From an uncultured Acidobacteriota bacterium (GTDB taxonomy: Bacteria > Acidobacteriota > Terriglobia > UBA7540), in NCBI GenBank assembly GCA_963804995.1, contig CAWDSK010000009.1, forward strand, positions 288,001 to 352,000: DNA of 64,000 nucleotides, in the 5' to 3' direction. The notes beneath the pieces are model-generated. The model did not search any database, had not been told where the DNA came from, and was given only the letters and a program-made list of their open reading frames with translations. Numbering within the stretch: the stretch's first letter is position 1; each line of letters opens with the position of its first letter. Of this stretch, positions 1 to 9,292 are shown in pieces. Position numbers and translations under genes: made by a program.

Positions 1-258
1 ATCAAGGCCAAGTGGTTCGTGGCGATTATGGGAGCAATCGAATTCGTAAGTTCCTTAAGCGGCCCAGGTTCCGGCGTGAGCCACGTGGCGCACCTGGGCG
101 GCATGCTCTTCGGGTTTATCTACCTGCGCGGGTGGTCCCTTCCCTACCGTTTACAACTTCGTTACCACGAATGGCGGCGCGCCCAATTGCGCAAAAAGTT
201 TGAAGTGTACATGAGCAACCAGGAAAAGAAGGACAAACACGGGCGCTGGGTGAATTGA
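1..258 (+). CDS. Rhomboid-family intramembrane serine protease, 3' fragment (runs off window start)
   Basis: SHVAHLGGMLFG matches the rhomboid catalytic-His helix (AHLGG); frame open from base 1. Confidence 0.8.
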   Translation: MKAKWFVAIMGAIEFVSSLSGPGSGVSHVAHLGGMLFGFIYLRGWSLPYRLQLRYHEWRRAQLRKKFEVYMSNQEKKDKHGRWVN

Positions 259-278
259 GGTGCTGTCCTAATTTAAAC

Positions 279-328
279 GTAACGCCCCGATGCATCGGGG
301 CTCAATGCCGGCTGGAAGCCAGCGCTAC
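279..328. repeat. REP-like double hairpin (GTAACGCC...GCGCTAC family)
   Basis: Contains palindrome ccccgatgcatcgggg; related copies at 14598-14647 and 26523-26570. Confidence 0.6.
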
Positions 329-364
329 ATCTGAAATTAGGACAGCATCTGAATTGACCCCCCA

Positions 365-393
365 TTGACAGCGCTCCCCCCTGGTGCTAGTTT
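365..393 (+). promoter_or_regulatory. Sigma70-type promoter of the riboswitch leader
   Basis: TTGACA-17 bp-TAGTTT with TG extended -10, directly upstream of the B12 riboswitch. Confidence 0.65.
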
Positions 394-419
394 CATTTGC
401 GTTGTAGGTTCTTTGACAA

Positions 420-610
420 CTGATGTTCCTGCGGTGCCCCGTTCGTACCACGGGGGAAAAGGAAAGGCCGTGCGAATCGGCTGCGGTCCCGCCACTGTAA
501 TCGGTGAGCCGCATCCTCTCAGGCGAAGTTGCCAGCCACTGTTCTGCCATTGGCAGATTGGGAAGGCTGAGGATGAGGTGTTGACCCGGAAGCCAGGAAA
601 CCTGCCCAGG
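420..610 (+). ncRNA. Cobalamin (AdoCbl) riboswitch
   Basis: Hallmarks: cggtgcccc..aaaaggaaaggccgtgcgaatcggctgcggtcccgccactgtaa..gccactg..gggaaggc and B12 box aagccaggaaacctgcc; precedes a TonB receptor. Confidence 0.92.
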
Positions 611-662
611 AATTTTCTCTCAGCCTAACTCTTCTACGGAAAGAGTCCTGAGGAAGACTGCG

Positions 663-702
663 AAGCCTTCCGATTCCGTTTTTGGGGATGGGAAGGCTTT
701 TT
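663..702 (+). terminator. Riboswitch expression-platform terminator
   Basis: aagccttcc...ggaaggctt stem followed by a T-run, between the aptamer and the likely ATG at 823. Confidence 0.6.
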
Positions 703-822
703 CGTTCTCACCCTCTGGATTCTTTCCGAGCGCCCCGTCGTAAGAGCGGGGAGAAGGAGTCTCGTGTGACCAAGTGCGAATCCACAGGCCGATTATCTCT
801 ACCGGCCAATCCAAGAAAAGAG

Positions 823-3111
823 ATGCCGGCATCGATCAAGATTGCCCGGCCGGCGATCCTGCTGGGCTGGCTATGCGTGTTCCTTGGCGCGACGGGCGCG
901 CAGGCGGCAACCCTGGCAGGGACTGTGTTCGACCCCAGTGGCAGTGCGGTCCCCAAAGCCCACGTTATCCTGCTTAAATCCATGGTGGTCATGGACGAAA
1001 AGCAAACCGCTTCCAATGGAGCGTACGAATTTCAAAACCTCGAGGACGGGTCCTACCAGCTAGTGGCCTATGCGCCGGGCCTCGCCGCCGCTCCCTCCGA
1101 AGTGGAAGTTCGCGGTGCGGAAATCCGCACCCTTGATCTGCATCTGCAGTTGAGCGCCGTCCAGCAGCAGGTGGTGGTATCGGCTTCGCTCGAAGACGCC
1201 CTGGCCTCAGAAGTCGGCGCCTCCGTCTCCGTGGTCACCGGGCAGGACATCAAGGATCGCGCCGCGTTAAACGTGTTGGACGTCCTGGGCGGAATCCCCG
1301 GCGTTGAGGTGAGCCAGGCGGGCCGCTATGGAGGCGTGACCGGTGTCTACGTGCGCGGGGGTGAATCCAATTACAATCTGGTGATGGTGGACGGCATCGA
1401 GCTGAATGAGTTCGGCGGCAGCTTTGATTTCGCTCCGCTCCCTGCCGACGGGGTGGAGCGCGTGGAGGTGACGCGCAGTCCGGAAAGCGCCCTCTATGGC
1501 CCGGGTGCCGTTACCAGTGTTATCAATATCGTGACCACGCAGGGTGAGGGCGTTCCGCATTTTACAGTTCAGGCGGAAGGCGGGAGCTTTTACACGCGCC
1601 GTTTTGTGGTGGGCGGAAGCGGCCTGGACCACGGCCTGAGCTGGGGCTTCGATGTTTCCCGGCTGAACTCCGACGGGGTCGTTACCAACGATCAATACCG
1701 CAATCAATCGGCCTTCCTGAGCTTCGGCTATCACCGCAGCCCGCGCCGCCGCCTGGATTTCCATTTCTTCGGCAACGCCAATGACGCCGGAGCGCCCGGG
1801 CCCTATGGATCGGATCCCGACCAGCTCTACGATGCTCCCATCTACCCCGGAGGTCCGACCGACAGGCAAGCGGGCCTGCTTACTCGCGACAAGCAGAACC
1901 TGTTTGGATGGGAGGGCAGTTACTCCGAGCAAATCACCTCGAATTTCCGGCAGGTCACTACCGGCAGCGTGTCCACCAATGACTATTACTTCAGCTCACC
2001 CCTGGGAGATTCCTACTCCAACAATCTGCGCGGCGTCCTGAACACCCGCAGCGAAGTGGCAATCTCCAACAAAGATTTCTTTGTGGCGGGGTTTGAGTAC
2101 AACCGCGAACAGGTGAAAGACACTTACATCTCGGATTCGAATGGCGCCCCCTTTGTCCTCCCCCGCACCAGTTTGGCTGTCTTCGCGGAAAATCGTTGGA
2201 GCCCCACACACCGCCTTTACCTTACCACGGGGTTCCGCGTGGATGATTTGAGGACGCACGCGCTGCCGCCCGATGATTCCGCCGGCCGGCCACTGCTTTC
2301 ACCCAGCACCATTGTCAAAGTGAATCCGCGCGTGTCGGGGGCGTATATGCTGCGCGAATCGCACGGCGGCTCGCTGGATGGAACCCGCCTGCACGCGAGC
2401 TTTGGCACCGGCATCCGCGCGCCGGATGGGTTCAATCTGGCTTTTACCAACAATCCTCATTTGAAACCGGAACAGAGCATCAGCTTCGATACCGGCATCG
2501 AACAGAGATTCTTCCAAGGCAAGGCGGTCTTGGACCTCACTTATTTCAATAACCATTTCAAAGACCAGATCGTGACGCTGGGGGGATCGCTGACGAACCT
2601 CAGCTCGTTTGCCTCTGATAATCTCGGCAACTCGCGGGCCCAGGGAGCGGAAATCTCATTCCAAATCCATCCCACCCGGTCGCTACAGATGTCGACGGAG
2701 TATACCCGCGACAACACGGCGGTGCTCTCTCTCAATGGATCATCGGAAGTGCTGGCGCCGCTCCAGGTGGGACAACAACTGTTCCGCCGGCCGCGCGATT
2801 CGGGGGCTTACAATCTGACCTGGCATCACGGCCGCCTGATGCTCAATACCAATGCGTACATCCGCGGGACGGTTCTGGATATCGAGCCGAACGATGGAAC
2901 CTTTGCTTGCACTCTCGGCCTGCCCTGCCTGTTCACGAATAAGGGTTACACGCGCGTGGACGGTGGGTTCTCCTACCGCTTGCCGCGGGGCGTGGAAATA
3001 TACGGCCGGCTCGATAACATCCTGAATCGGAAATACGAGGAAGTTTTCGGGTACCCGTCGCTGCCCTTCAACTTTCTCACCGGCGTAAGATTTAGTTTTC
3101 CTGGACGGTAA
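823..3111 (+). CDS. btuB: TonB-dependent receptor, BtuB-like, with N-terminal carboxypeptidase-regulatory-like domain
   Basis: Signal peptide; GTVFDPSG domain; plug motifs VRGGESNYNLVMVDG and ERVEV..SPESALYG; C-terminal barrel strand; B12 riboswitch upstream. Start moved to ATG 823 because 682 lies inside the leader terminator. Confidence 0.85.
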   Translation: MPASIKIARPAILLGWLCVFLGATGAQAATLAGTVFDPSGSAVPKAHVILLKSMVVMDEKQTASNGAYEFQNLEDGSYQLVAYAPGLAAAPSEVEVRGAEIRTLDLHLQLSAVQQQVVVSASLEDALASEVGASVSVVTGQDIKDRAALNVLDVLGGIPGVEVSQAGRYGGVTGVYVRGGESNYNLVMVDGIELNEFGGSFDFAPLPADGVERVEVTRSPESALYGPGAVTSVINIVTTQGEGVPHFTVQAEGGSFYTRRFVVGGSGLDHGLSWGFDVSRLNSDGVVTNDQYRNQSAFLSFGYHRSPRRRLDFHFFGNANDAGAPGPYGSDPDQLYDAPIYPGGPTDRQAGLLTRDKQNLFGWEGSYSEQITSNFRQVTTGSVSTNDYYFSSPLGDSYSNNLRGVLNTRSEVAISNKDFFVAGFEYNREQVKDTYISDSNGAPFVLPRTSLAVFAENRWSPTHRLYLTTGFRVDDLRTHALPPDDSAGRPLLSPSTIVKVNPRVSGAYMLRESHGGSLDGTRLHASFGTGIRAPDGFNLAFTNNPHLKPEQSISFDTGIEQRFFQGKAVLDLTYFNNHFKDQIVTLGGSLTNLSSFASDNLGNSRAQGAEISFQIHPTRSLQMSTEYTRDNTAVLSLNGSSEVLAPLQVGQQLFRRPRDSGAYNLTWHHGRLMLNTNAYIRGTVLDIEPNDGTFACTLGLPCLFTNKGYTRVDGGFSYRLPRGVEIYGRLDNILNRKYEEVFGYPSLPFNFLTGVRFSFPGR

Positions 3112-3312
3112 AAACGCGGCCACCTATCGCGAGGTTTCATGATGGGGCGGGTGAGCGAAACACGCCTCGCCCGCCCCATCAATCCGGCAAGCTGGCGTGG
3201 CTGCGCGGGACAAATTGTCCGAGCCGGAGAAGGCTGCGGCATCTGGGACAATTGGCTCGATCGTCCCATTTGTGCCCTGTAGCGGGCTGTAGCGGGCATT
3301 CTCTCACCAGAT

Positions 3313-4002
3313 TTGGACACGGGAGGCACAAATTTGCCAAAACAAATCCTTCTCTCCTGGAGCGGTGGCAAAGACAGCAGCATGGCGCTGTACGAAATCC
3401 AGAAAGCCGGTGATTACATCGTGACAGCATTGCTAACCACGATCACAGAAGACTACGACCGCATCAGCATGCATGGAGTGCGCAGGACGCTGCTTGAACA
3501 GCAAGCGGATGCTTTGGGTTTGCCTCTCAAGAAAATCTTGATTCCCAAAGATTCCACCAATGCCATTTATGAATCCCGCATGCGCACACTGCTGGAAGAA
3601 GGACTGCGCGAAGGAATCGATACGGTCGCGTTCGGAGATATCTTCCTGGAAGACCTCAAGGTATATCGGGAGAAGAACCTGGCACAACTCGGCATGAGGG
3701 GCATTTTCCCTATCTGGAAACGAGACTCCTTGGAATTGGCCCGATCGTTTATCCGATTGGGATTCAAGGCGCGGTTAGTGTGCGTGGACACCGCCATTCT
3801 CGATGCGTCCTTTGCCGGAAGGACTTTCGATGAGGAACTTCTGCAAGACTTTCCGCCAAACGTCGATCCCTGCGGAGAGAACGGGGAGTTCCACTCCTTC
3901 GTTTTTGCCGGCCCCAACTTCCGGCGGCAGATCGATCACACCTTGGGTGAGGTGGTGCGAAGAGATCAGTTTTGCTTCTGTGATTTATTGCCTGCCGATT
4001 GA
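3313..4002 (+). CDS. Diphthine-ammonia ligase-like (Dph6/MJ0570) PP-loop ATPase
   Basis: SWSGGKDS PP-loop, FGDIFL, DPCGENGEFHSFV. Confidence 0.88.
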   Translation: MDTGGTNLPKQILLSWSGGKDSSMALYEIQKAGDYIVTALLTTITEDYDRISMHGVRRTLLEQQADALGLPLKKILIPKDSTNAIYESRMRTLLEEGLREGIDTVAFGDIFLEDLKVYREKNLAQLGMRGIFPIWKRDSLELARSFIRLGFKARLVCVDTAILDASFAGRTFDEELLQDFPPNVDPCGENGEFHSFVFAGPNFRRQIDHTLGEVVRRDQFCFCDLLPAD

Positions 4003-4084
4003 GGGCGGCGAGACCTTGTGGTAAAGGGCAGCGCTTGCTTTGTGGACCACACTCAGGCAGCGCGGGAAGCAGCGCCATGGCGCG

Positions 4085-4333
4085 TCAGATCAACCCGCCA
4101 TCTTTGTGATGGGTTCGCCAGCAATAGAGCTGTTCGACAGCCACTGAAAGCACACAGACCCCGCCCGCGATAGAGACGCTCACCTCAAGCAGATACTGCA
4201 GCATATCTTCGGGGCTGGGGGCGCGGAGCATAATCGCCAAAGCAATTCCGTGACCCACTGCCCAAAGGCCAATAATGGCGCACAGAATCAGACTCACAAC
4301 ACGCAGGGCGGATTTAAGCATAGCCACCCACAC
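4085..4333 (-). CDS. Small hypothetical membrane protein (2 hydrophobic segments)
   Basis: 82-aa ORF with two hydrophobic stretches; no recognised motif. Confidence 0.35.
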   Translation of the reverse strand: MWVAMLKSALRVVSLILCAIIGLWAVGHGIALAIMLRAPSPEDMLQYLLEVSVSIAGGVCVLSVAVEQLYCWRTHHKDGGLI

Positions 4334-4514
4334 TTTCTACCCGCTGGCCACGCGGATTATCTGACAGGATTCATACACCCACAAGCCCGCGGGGTCAACT
4401 CAAAGTGTAGATGCTCACAATGCACCGGAAGCAGGTTTGCAGCGGAGGAAATGAAGAGGAAACAACGCGAGGTGAATGCTAGGACCCGGAGGGTCCCTTG
4501 CCGGTCGGGGATAA

Positions 4515-4991
4515 TTACAGGTTCAGCAGATAATCGGAAGCCGTCAGGTTTCCGAAGCGAACACTATTGACTCGCTCACCCACGACATTTGCGAAGTACT
4601 CAAGAATCACCGTCAGCTTCAAAGCGGCCGGTGTCTCGCGGAACCTCAGCCAGTGTCGCACGGTGAGCAAGAACAGAAACACTTTGAAGTAGAGCATCAA
4701 GAGCTGTTCTTCGTAGCTATAACGTTGGTTAACGTTGGCTGCGTTTTTGAGGAGATAAGTCAGAGCCAGAAAATCACATTTGAGTGTCATCATCAGCCGC
4801 GGGTAATCAACCGGAGCGCCGAAGTCCGCGAGTGCCTTCCGAACCGACGGAAATTCCAATCGATTGGCATTGACGATTGATTGGAAATATTCCTGCGAAA
4901 ACTGCCGTCGCAAAACCTTCTGGCAGGCAGCTTGGAGATAGAAGAAGAAGAGGGCTGTGGATAAAATCAAAATTAGGGTGGTCATAATCAT
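4515..4991 (-). CDS. Hypothetical membrane-anchored helical protein (gene 3 of peptide unit)
   Basis: GAGGTG RBS before ATG 4991 (alternative 4985); N-terminal hydrophobic helix; about 20 bp from the upstream gene's stop. Confidence 0.75.
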   Translation of the reverse strand: MIMTTLILILSTALFFFYLQAACQKVLRRQFSQEYFQSIVNANRLEFPSVRKALADFGAPVDYPRLMMTLKCDFLALTYLLKNAANVNQRYSYEEQLLMLYFKVFLFLLTVRHWLRFRETPAALKLTVILEYFANVVGERVNSVRFGNLTASDYLLNL

Positions 4992-5012
4992 ATTCCACCT
5001 CACTTCAACCGG

Positions 5013-5774
5013 CTATTCAGCGCTAGCCGCAACCAAGCCTGCCTGCTTTCCAAGCAGCACTCGAGCCGGAGCTGCTTCTGGTGTTTTGACGACGGCATAG
5101 ACCCACATCGACAACATTCCCAGCGTGCATACGGGTCCCAGGAAGTTGAGAAGTATGCGGGAGAAGTTCTCGCCAGACGTCAAGTGATACAGCGCCAAGC
5201 AGGCGGCCTCGCCTGCGAACTGGATTCCCATTCCACATACCAACATGCTGAGCTGGTCATCCTCAATCGCCAACTGTTGGATCATCAAGTAAAGCATGGT
5301 GTTCAGAACCAGGCAGGTGAAGTAGAGGTTCTGACTAAATTCCACAATGAACACTGATCCCCGGGCGGAGAGTTGCGTATAGTTGCGGGTAAGAGAAAGG
5401 AGCGTAACTCCCACGACCAGAATAAAGACGAATACCAGCAGCATCCGGACAAAGCGCCACAACTTCTCTTCCCTGGTACAGGCGCGGCGGAAGAAGCCAC
5501 AAATCACTAGAAACGCGCCCAGGGCCAGAACAACGTCCGTCAACCAATAGAAAGACGCGAACTGCGCCGAGGTCCGGCCGAAATAATTGAGGGCAGCAGA
5601 ACGAGCTACACCGTCGAGCAAAAAAAGCCCTAACACATAAAGGCCAAGGCCTTTGAGGCGGCGCCACCTTCCTTGTCCTGCCAGTAGTACACAGAGCAGG
5701 ACCTCCAATCCATATCCCGCGTATTGCAGGCCGAAAGAAATGATCTTCTCACCCATAGGCGACACGGAAACCAT
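5013..5774 (-). CDS. Hypothetical 7-TM integral membrane protein (gene 2 of peptide unit)
   Basis: Seven hydrophobic segments by eye, short loops, no soluble output domain. Confidence 0.8.
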   Translation of the reverse strand: MVSVSPMGEKIISFGLQYAGYGLEVLLCVLLAGQGRWRRLKGLGLYVLGLFLLDGVARSAALNYFGRTSAQFASFYWLTDVVLALGAFLVICGFFRRACTREEKLWRFVRMLLVFVFILVVGVTLLSLTRNYTQLSARGSVFIVEFSQNLYFTCLVLNTMLYLMIQQLAIEDDQLSMLVCGMGIQFAGEAACLALYHLTSGENFSRILLNFLGPVCTLGMLSMWVYAVVKTPEAAPARVLLGKQAGLVAASAE

Positions 5775-5828
5775 CCGGTCCCCCCGCGTGCTCCCGTGTC
5801 GCTCAAAATGGGCGTCGGAAGCAACTCA

Positions 5829-6038
5829 CTACGCTGGAGGCGGCAGCGGCATAGGCGTTGTGCCGATTCTCACCGCTCTTGGTGGCGGCAGCGGCATTGG
5901 GGTTGTACCGATGCCAACTGCTTTGGGCGGCGGCAGAGGCATAGGGGTCGTGCCAATGCCAAGAACACTCTGCCGAAGCGACACACTGCTCAGCACTATC
6001 AATAGTGCGAGCACAAACGCCAAAATTGTGTTTTTCAT
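5829..6038 (-). CDS. Secreted repeat-peptide precursor: signal peptide + 3x IGTTPMPLPPP
   Basis: GGAGGAG RBS; MKN + hydrophobic core; 45-nt period repeats whose 11-aa cores differ only at synonymous positions. Confidence 0.85.
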   Translation of the reverse strand: MKNTILAFVLALLIVLSSVSLRQSVLGIGTTPMPLPPPKAVGIGTTPMPLPPPRAVRIGTTPMPLPPPA

Positions 6039-6498
6039 GGACTCTCCTCCAGAAGGTTTTGCAAGAATGACAGCTTTCTGGAATGAGAGCCTATGCGATT
6101 ATTTAACCCAAGTCAATATACTTCCCTACACTTCTGAACCGCTATTATTTTGGCCCATAAGGACCCAATGTCAAGCAAAATCCACAAGATTCAACACTTG
6201 ATTCTCTTTACCAGACTAAAGGTCTCCCCGTACTTTGGCAATAGTACGGGGGTACTGGTCGGAGAATAGAAGCTGTTGGTGCAACAACGTGGTGCTCATT
6301 TGCGCGGACCCGTCTCGTGCGAGCCTGTCGGCAATAAAAGCCACGGAATAAGTCCAGCTATCCCCTTTCGTGCACTATCCCTCAAGTAATTTACAAATGA
6401 CGCTTGGAGCCCCCTGAAATCTTCTACACCGTGAGTTGACCCAACCGGGTATGAATGGCATCATACATTAAAGTTCAAGGTATCGTGGAGAGTGTTGT

Positions 6499-7626
6499 AT
6501 GACTACGAAGAAAGCCTATTTATTGCTCACTTTAGCGCTGGCGGTTGTTGCGGCGCTGGCCATTGCCAGCTTCCCGCGCGCCTGGTTTGCTCAGTCTCCC
6601 ACGCAGACGCCAACCGAGCAGCAACCCACTACTGGCCCACAACCTGACGTGGGAGAGACAGTTCTGGTTCCCAAGAAAACACAGCCGGCGCCGACTGTGG
6701 TGCAGCCCGAGAAGAAGCCCGAGAAGATCAATCCCAATGAGATCTACACCCTGTCCACCTCCACGAACCTAGTCAATGTGGATGTGATGGTGGTTGACAA
6801 CAACGGGAATCCCATCCAGAGTCTGGGGAAGAAAAACTTCCAACTTTCCGACGATGGAGTTCCGCAGGCGATCACCAATTTTGGGACGGGCGAAGCTCCC
6901 ATGACCATATGCCTACTGATTGAATTCAGTAACCGTTGGTGGCCTTACCTGATGGTGGCGCTCCGAGACGCTTACCAGTTTCTGGGCGTGATCCAGCCCA
7001 AGGATTGGGTTGCGGTCGTTTCCTTTGACATGAATACCCAAATCCTCACGGACTTCACTCAGGACCGCTCCCAAGTGAGAGGAGCGTTGGATACACTCCG
7101 TTATCCGGGCTTCAGTGAATACAACCTTTACGACGCGCTAGCCTTTGTCTTGAAACGTATGGAGGAGATTCATGGGCGGAAGGCTATTGTGGCGGTGGTC
7201 AGTGGTATGGATAGCTTCAGCAAGCTAACCTACGATCAGTGCCTGAAGATCGTCAAGGCCTCCGATACGGCCATCTATCCGGTCAGCATCACGGAGTTCA
7301 TTGCGGTGCGTACCAACGATAACATCACCACCTTGCAAGCGAAGAACGCCCTCAACACGATTGCCAGCTACTCCGGCGGCCGCGCTTACTTCCCGCGGTT
7401 TGAAGCGGAGCTACCCTCTGACTACCAGCAAATTGCCGGGCAGCTTCGCATGCAGTACAGTCTGGGGTTTGTTCCGACGAACGCAGCGAAAGACGGTAAG
7501 TTTCACAAGCTTAAGATTGACCTGGTGGACGACCAGGGAAATCCCTACAGACTTGTCAACGAGAAGGGCAAGCAGGTGAAGTACAAGGTCGTTTCGCGTG
7601 ACGGTTATTACGCCCCGAAGAGCTAG
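6499..7626 (+). CDS. VWA domain protein (acidobacterial VWFA-related type), secreted
   Basis: Signal peptide, NLVNVDVMVVD start, LYDAL, GRKAIV..SGMD, QYSLGF, RDGYYAP end. Confidence 0.88.
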   Translation: MTTKKAYLLLTLALAVVAALAIASFPRAWFAQSPTQTPTEQQPTTGPQPDVGETVLVPKKTQPAPTVVQPEKKPEKINPNEIYTLSTSTNLVNVDVMVVDNNGNPIQSLGKKNFQLSDDGVPQAITNFGTGEAPMTICLLIEFSNRWWPYLMVALRDAYQFLGVIQPKDWVAVVSFDMNTQILTDFTQDRSQVRGALDTLRYPGFSEYNLYDALAFVLKRMEEIHGRKAIVAVVSGMDSFSKLTYDQCLKIVKASDTAIYPVSITEFIAVRTNDNITTLQAKNALNTIASYSGGRAYFPRFEAELPSDYQQIAGQLRMQYSLGFVPTNAAKDGKFHKLKIDLVDDQGNPYRLVNEKGKQVKYKVVSRDGYYAPKS

Positions 7627-7645
7627 GAGCCGGAAGCTGGAATTT

Positions 7646-7735
7646 GTGATTTAGCGATGGGTGATTTACGATTTTCAATCACCCAATCACCCATCACTCC
7701 ATCACCAATATCCTGACTCCTGGCTCCCGACTTCA
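7646..7735. repeat. Degenerate 7-8-mer microsatellite tracts in inverted arrangement between convergent genes
   Basis: gtgatt/ggtgat tract followed by aatcaccc/atcacc tract. Confidence 0.5.
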
Positions 7736-7738
7736 TCC

Positions 7739-9292
7739 TCAATGTGAGAAGTGCCGCATCCCGGTTAAGAGCATCGCCAGGTGATGCTGGTTGGCGGCGG
7801 CGATGACTTCGTTATCGCGGACCGAGCCGCCCGGTTGCACGATGGCTGTGACTCCCGTCCGCGCCGCCTCTTCCACTCCATCTGTAAAAGGAAAGTAGGC
7901 ATCGGAGGCGAGTACGGTACCTTCGAGCGAGTGCTTCAATTCCCGCGCCTTGGTGGCTCCCAGTCGGACGGAGTCCACGCGGCTCATCTGGCCCGCCCCC
8001 ACGCCCACCAAAACTCCCGCACGCGCATAGACGATCGCATTCGATTTCACGTGCTTGACCACTCGCCATGCGAAAATCAATGCCTCCCTCTCTTCCGGCG
8101 TTGGCGGGCGTTCGGTAACGCATTTCCACAGGGAAGGTTCGAGGGGCAGGTGATCCGGCGTCTGGACGAGCAATCCGCCTCCTACTACTTTAAGCTGGAG
8201 CCCGCAATCATCCCCCGCCGTCGCCGACATATCGAGGAGGCGAAGGTTCTTCTTGCCGGCCAACCGCTCGAGCGCGGCTGCCTCAAACCCGGGTGCCACG
8301 ACAGCTTCTACAAACAGCTTGGACAACTCCTCTGCGGCCGGCCCGTCCAGGGCGCGGTTGAAGGCAATTACCGAACCAAAGGCTGAGACAGGGTCTACAG
8401 CCAGGGCGCGCTGGTAACTTTCCAAGAGCGTCTTGCCCGTGGCGGCTCCGCAAGGGTTCGTGTGCTTGATGATGACCGTGGTGGGATCCGTGAATTCCTG
8501 CACGAGACGCCACGCGGCTTCGATATCCACCAAGTTGTTGAAGGAAAGTTCCTTGCCCTGGAGTTGCAGCGCTGCCGCCAAGCCCCGCCCCGCCGCGTCG
8601 GGCCGGCGATAGAGCGCCGCCTTCTGATGCGGATTCTCACCGTACCTCAAATCCGCCAGCTTACGGTAGGTCAGGTGGAGTGTCTCGGGCAAATCTCCAT
8701 TGGCCGCTTCTTGCAAGGTCGTGGAGATGGCGCCATCGTATGCCGCCGTGGTTGCGAACGCTTTGCGCGCCAAGCGGGCACGCGTTTCCCGTGAAATGTT
8801 TCCGTCCTGCTTCCGCAGTTCTTCCAGGACGGACGCGTAATCGGCAGCGTCCACCAGAACCGCAACGTCCTCGAAGTTCTTCGCCGCCGAGCGGATCATT
8901 GAGGGACCGCCAATATCGATGTTCTCGATCAATTCTTCCCGGGTCACGCCGGGCTTCGCGGCGGTCTTTTCGAACGGATAGAGATTCACCACCACCAGAT
9001 CAATGTATTCGATGCCGTGCTCTTTGACCTGCGCCTGATGTTGGGCATTCGAGCGGATGGCCAGGAGTCCGCCGTGAACTTTGGGGTGAAGAGTCTTGAC
9101 CCGCCCATCAAGCATTTCTGGAAATCCGGTCACCTCCGCAACGTCCCTGACCTTCAGGCCCTCCGCGCGGAGGAGTTTGGCTGTTCCGCCCGTGGAGATT
9201 AATTCGACACCCAGCGTGGCAAGCCCGGCGGCCAGTTCGGCCACACCGGTTTTATCGCTGACGCTAATCAGCGCCCGTGAAATTTTTCGCAT
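7739..9292 (-). CDS. purH: Bifunctional AICAR transformylase/IMP cyclohydrolase
   Basis: ALISVSDKTG, GRVKTLHPKVHGG, IDIGGPSMIR, RYGENPHQ, KHTNPCG, QPGGSVRD. Confidence 0.98.
   Translation of the reverse strand: MRKISRALISVSDKTGVAELAAGLATLGVELISTGGTAKLLRAEGLKVRDVAEVTGFPEMLDGRVKTLHPKVHGGLLAIRSNAQHQAQVKEHGIEYIDLVVVNLYPFEKTAAKPGVTREELIENIDIGGPSMIRSAAKNFEDVAVLVDAADYASVLEELRKQDGNISRETRARLARKAFATTAAYDGAISTTLQEAANGDLPETLHLTYRKLADLRYGENPHQKAALYRRPDAAGRGLAAALQLQGKELSFNNLVDIEAAWRLVQEFTDPTTVIIKHTNPCGAATGKTLLESYQRALAVDPVSAFGSVIAFNRALDGPAAEELSKLFVEAVVAPGFEAAALERLAGKKNLRLLDMSATAGDDCGLQLKVVGGGLLVQTPDHLPLEPSLWKCVTERPPTPEEREALIFAWRVVKHVKSNAIVYARAGVLVGVGAGQMSRVDSVRLGATKARELKHSLEGTVLASDAYFPFTDGVEEAARTGVTAIVQPGGSVRDNEVIAAANQHHLAMLLTGMRHFSH

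Noticed and set aside
5013..5774. Microbial rhodopsin or exosortase identity for the 7-TM protein
   Set aside because: No retinal-binding Lys within helix 7 (no DxxxK), no recognisable exosortase Cys/Arg motifs, and the peptide lacks a PEP-CTERM-type TM tail.
5653..6201. Plus-strand 182-aa ORF with GGGSGIGVVP repeats
   Set aside because: Antisense shadow of the peptide gene; the RBS, signal peptide and fully silent core changes favour the minus strand.
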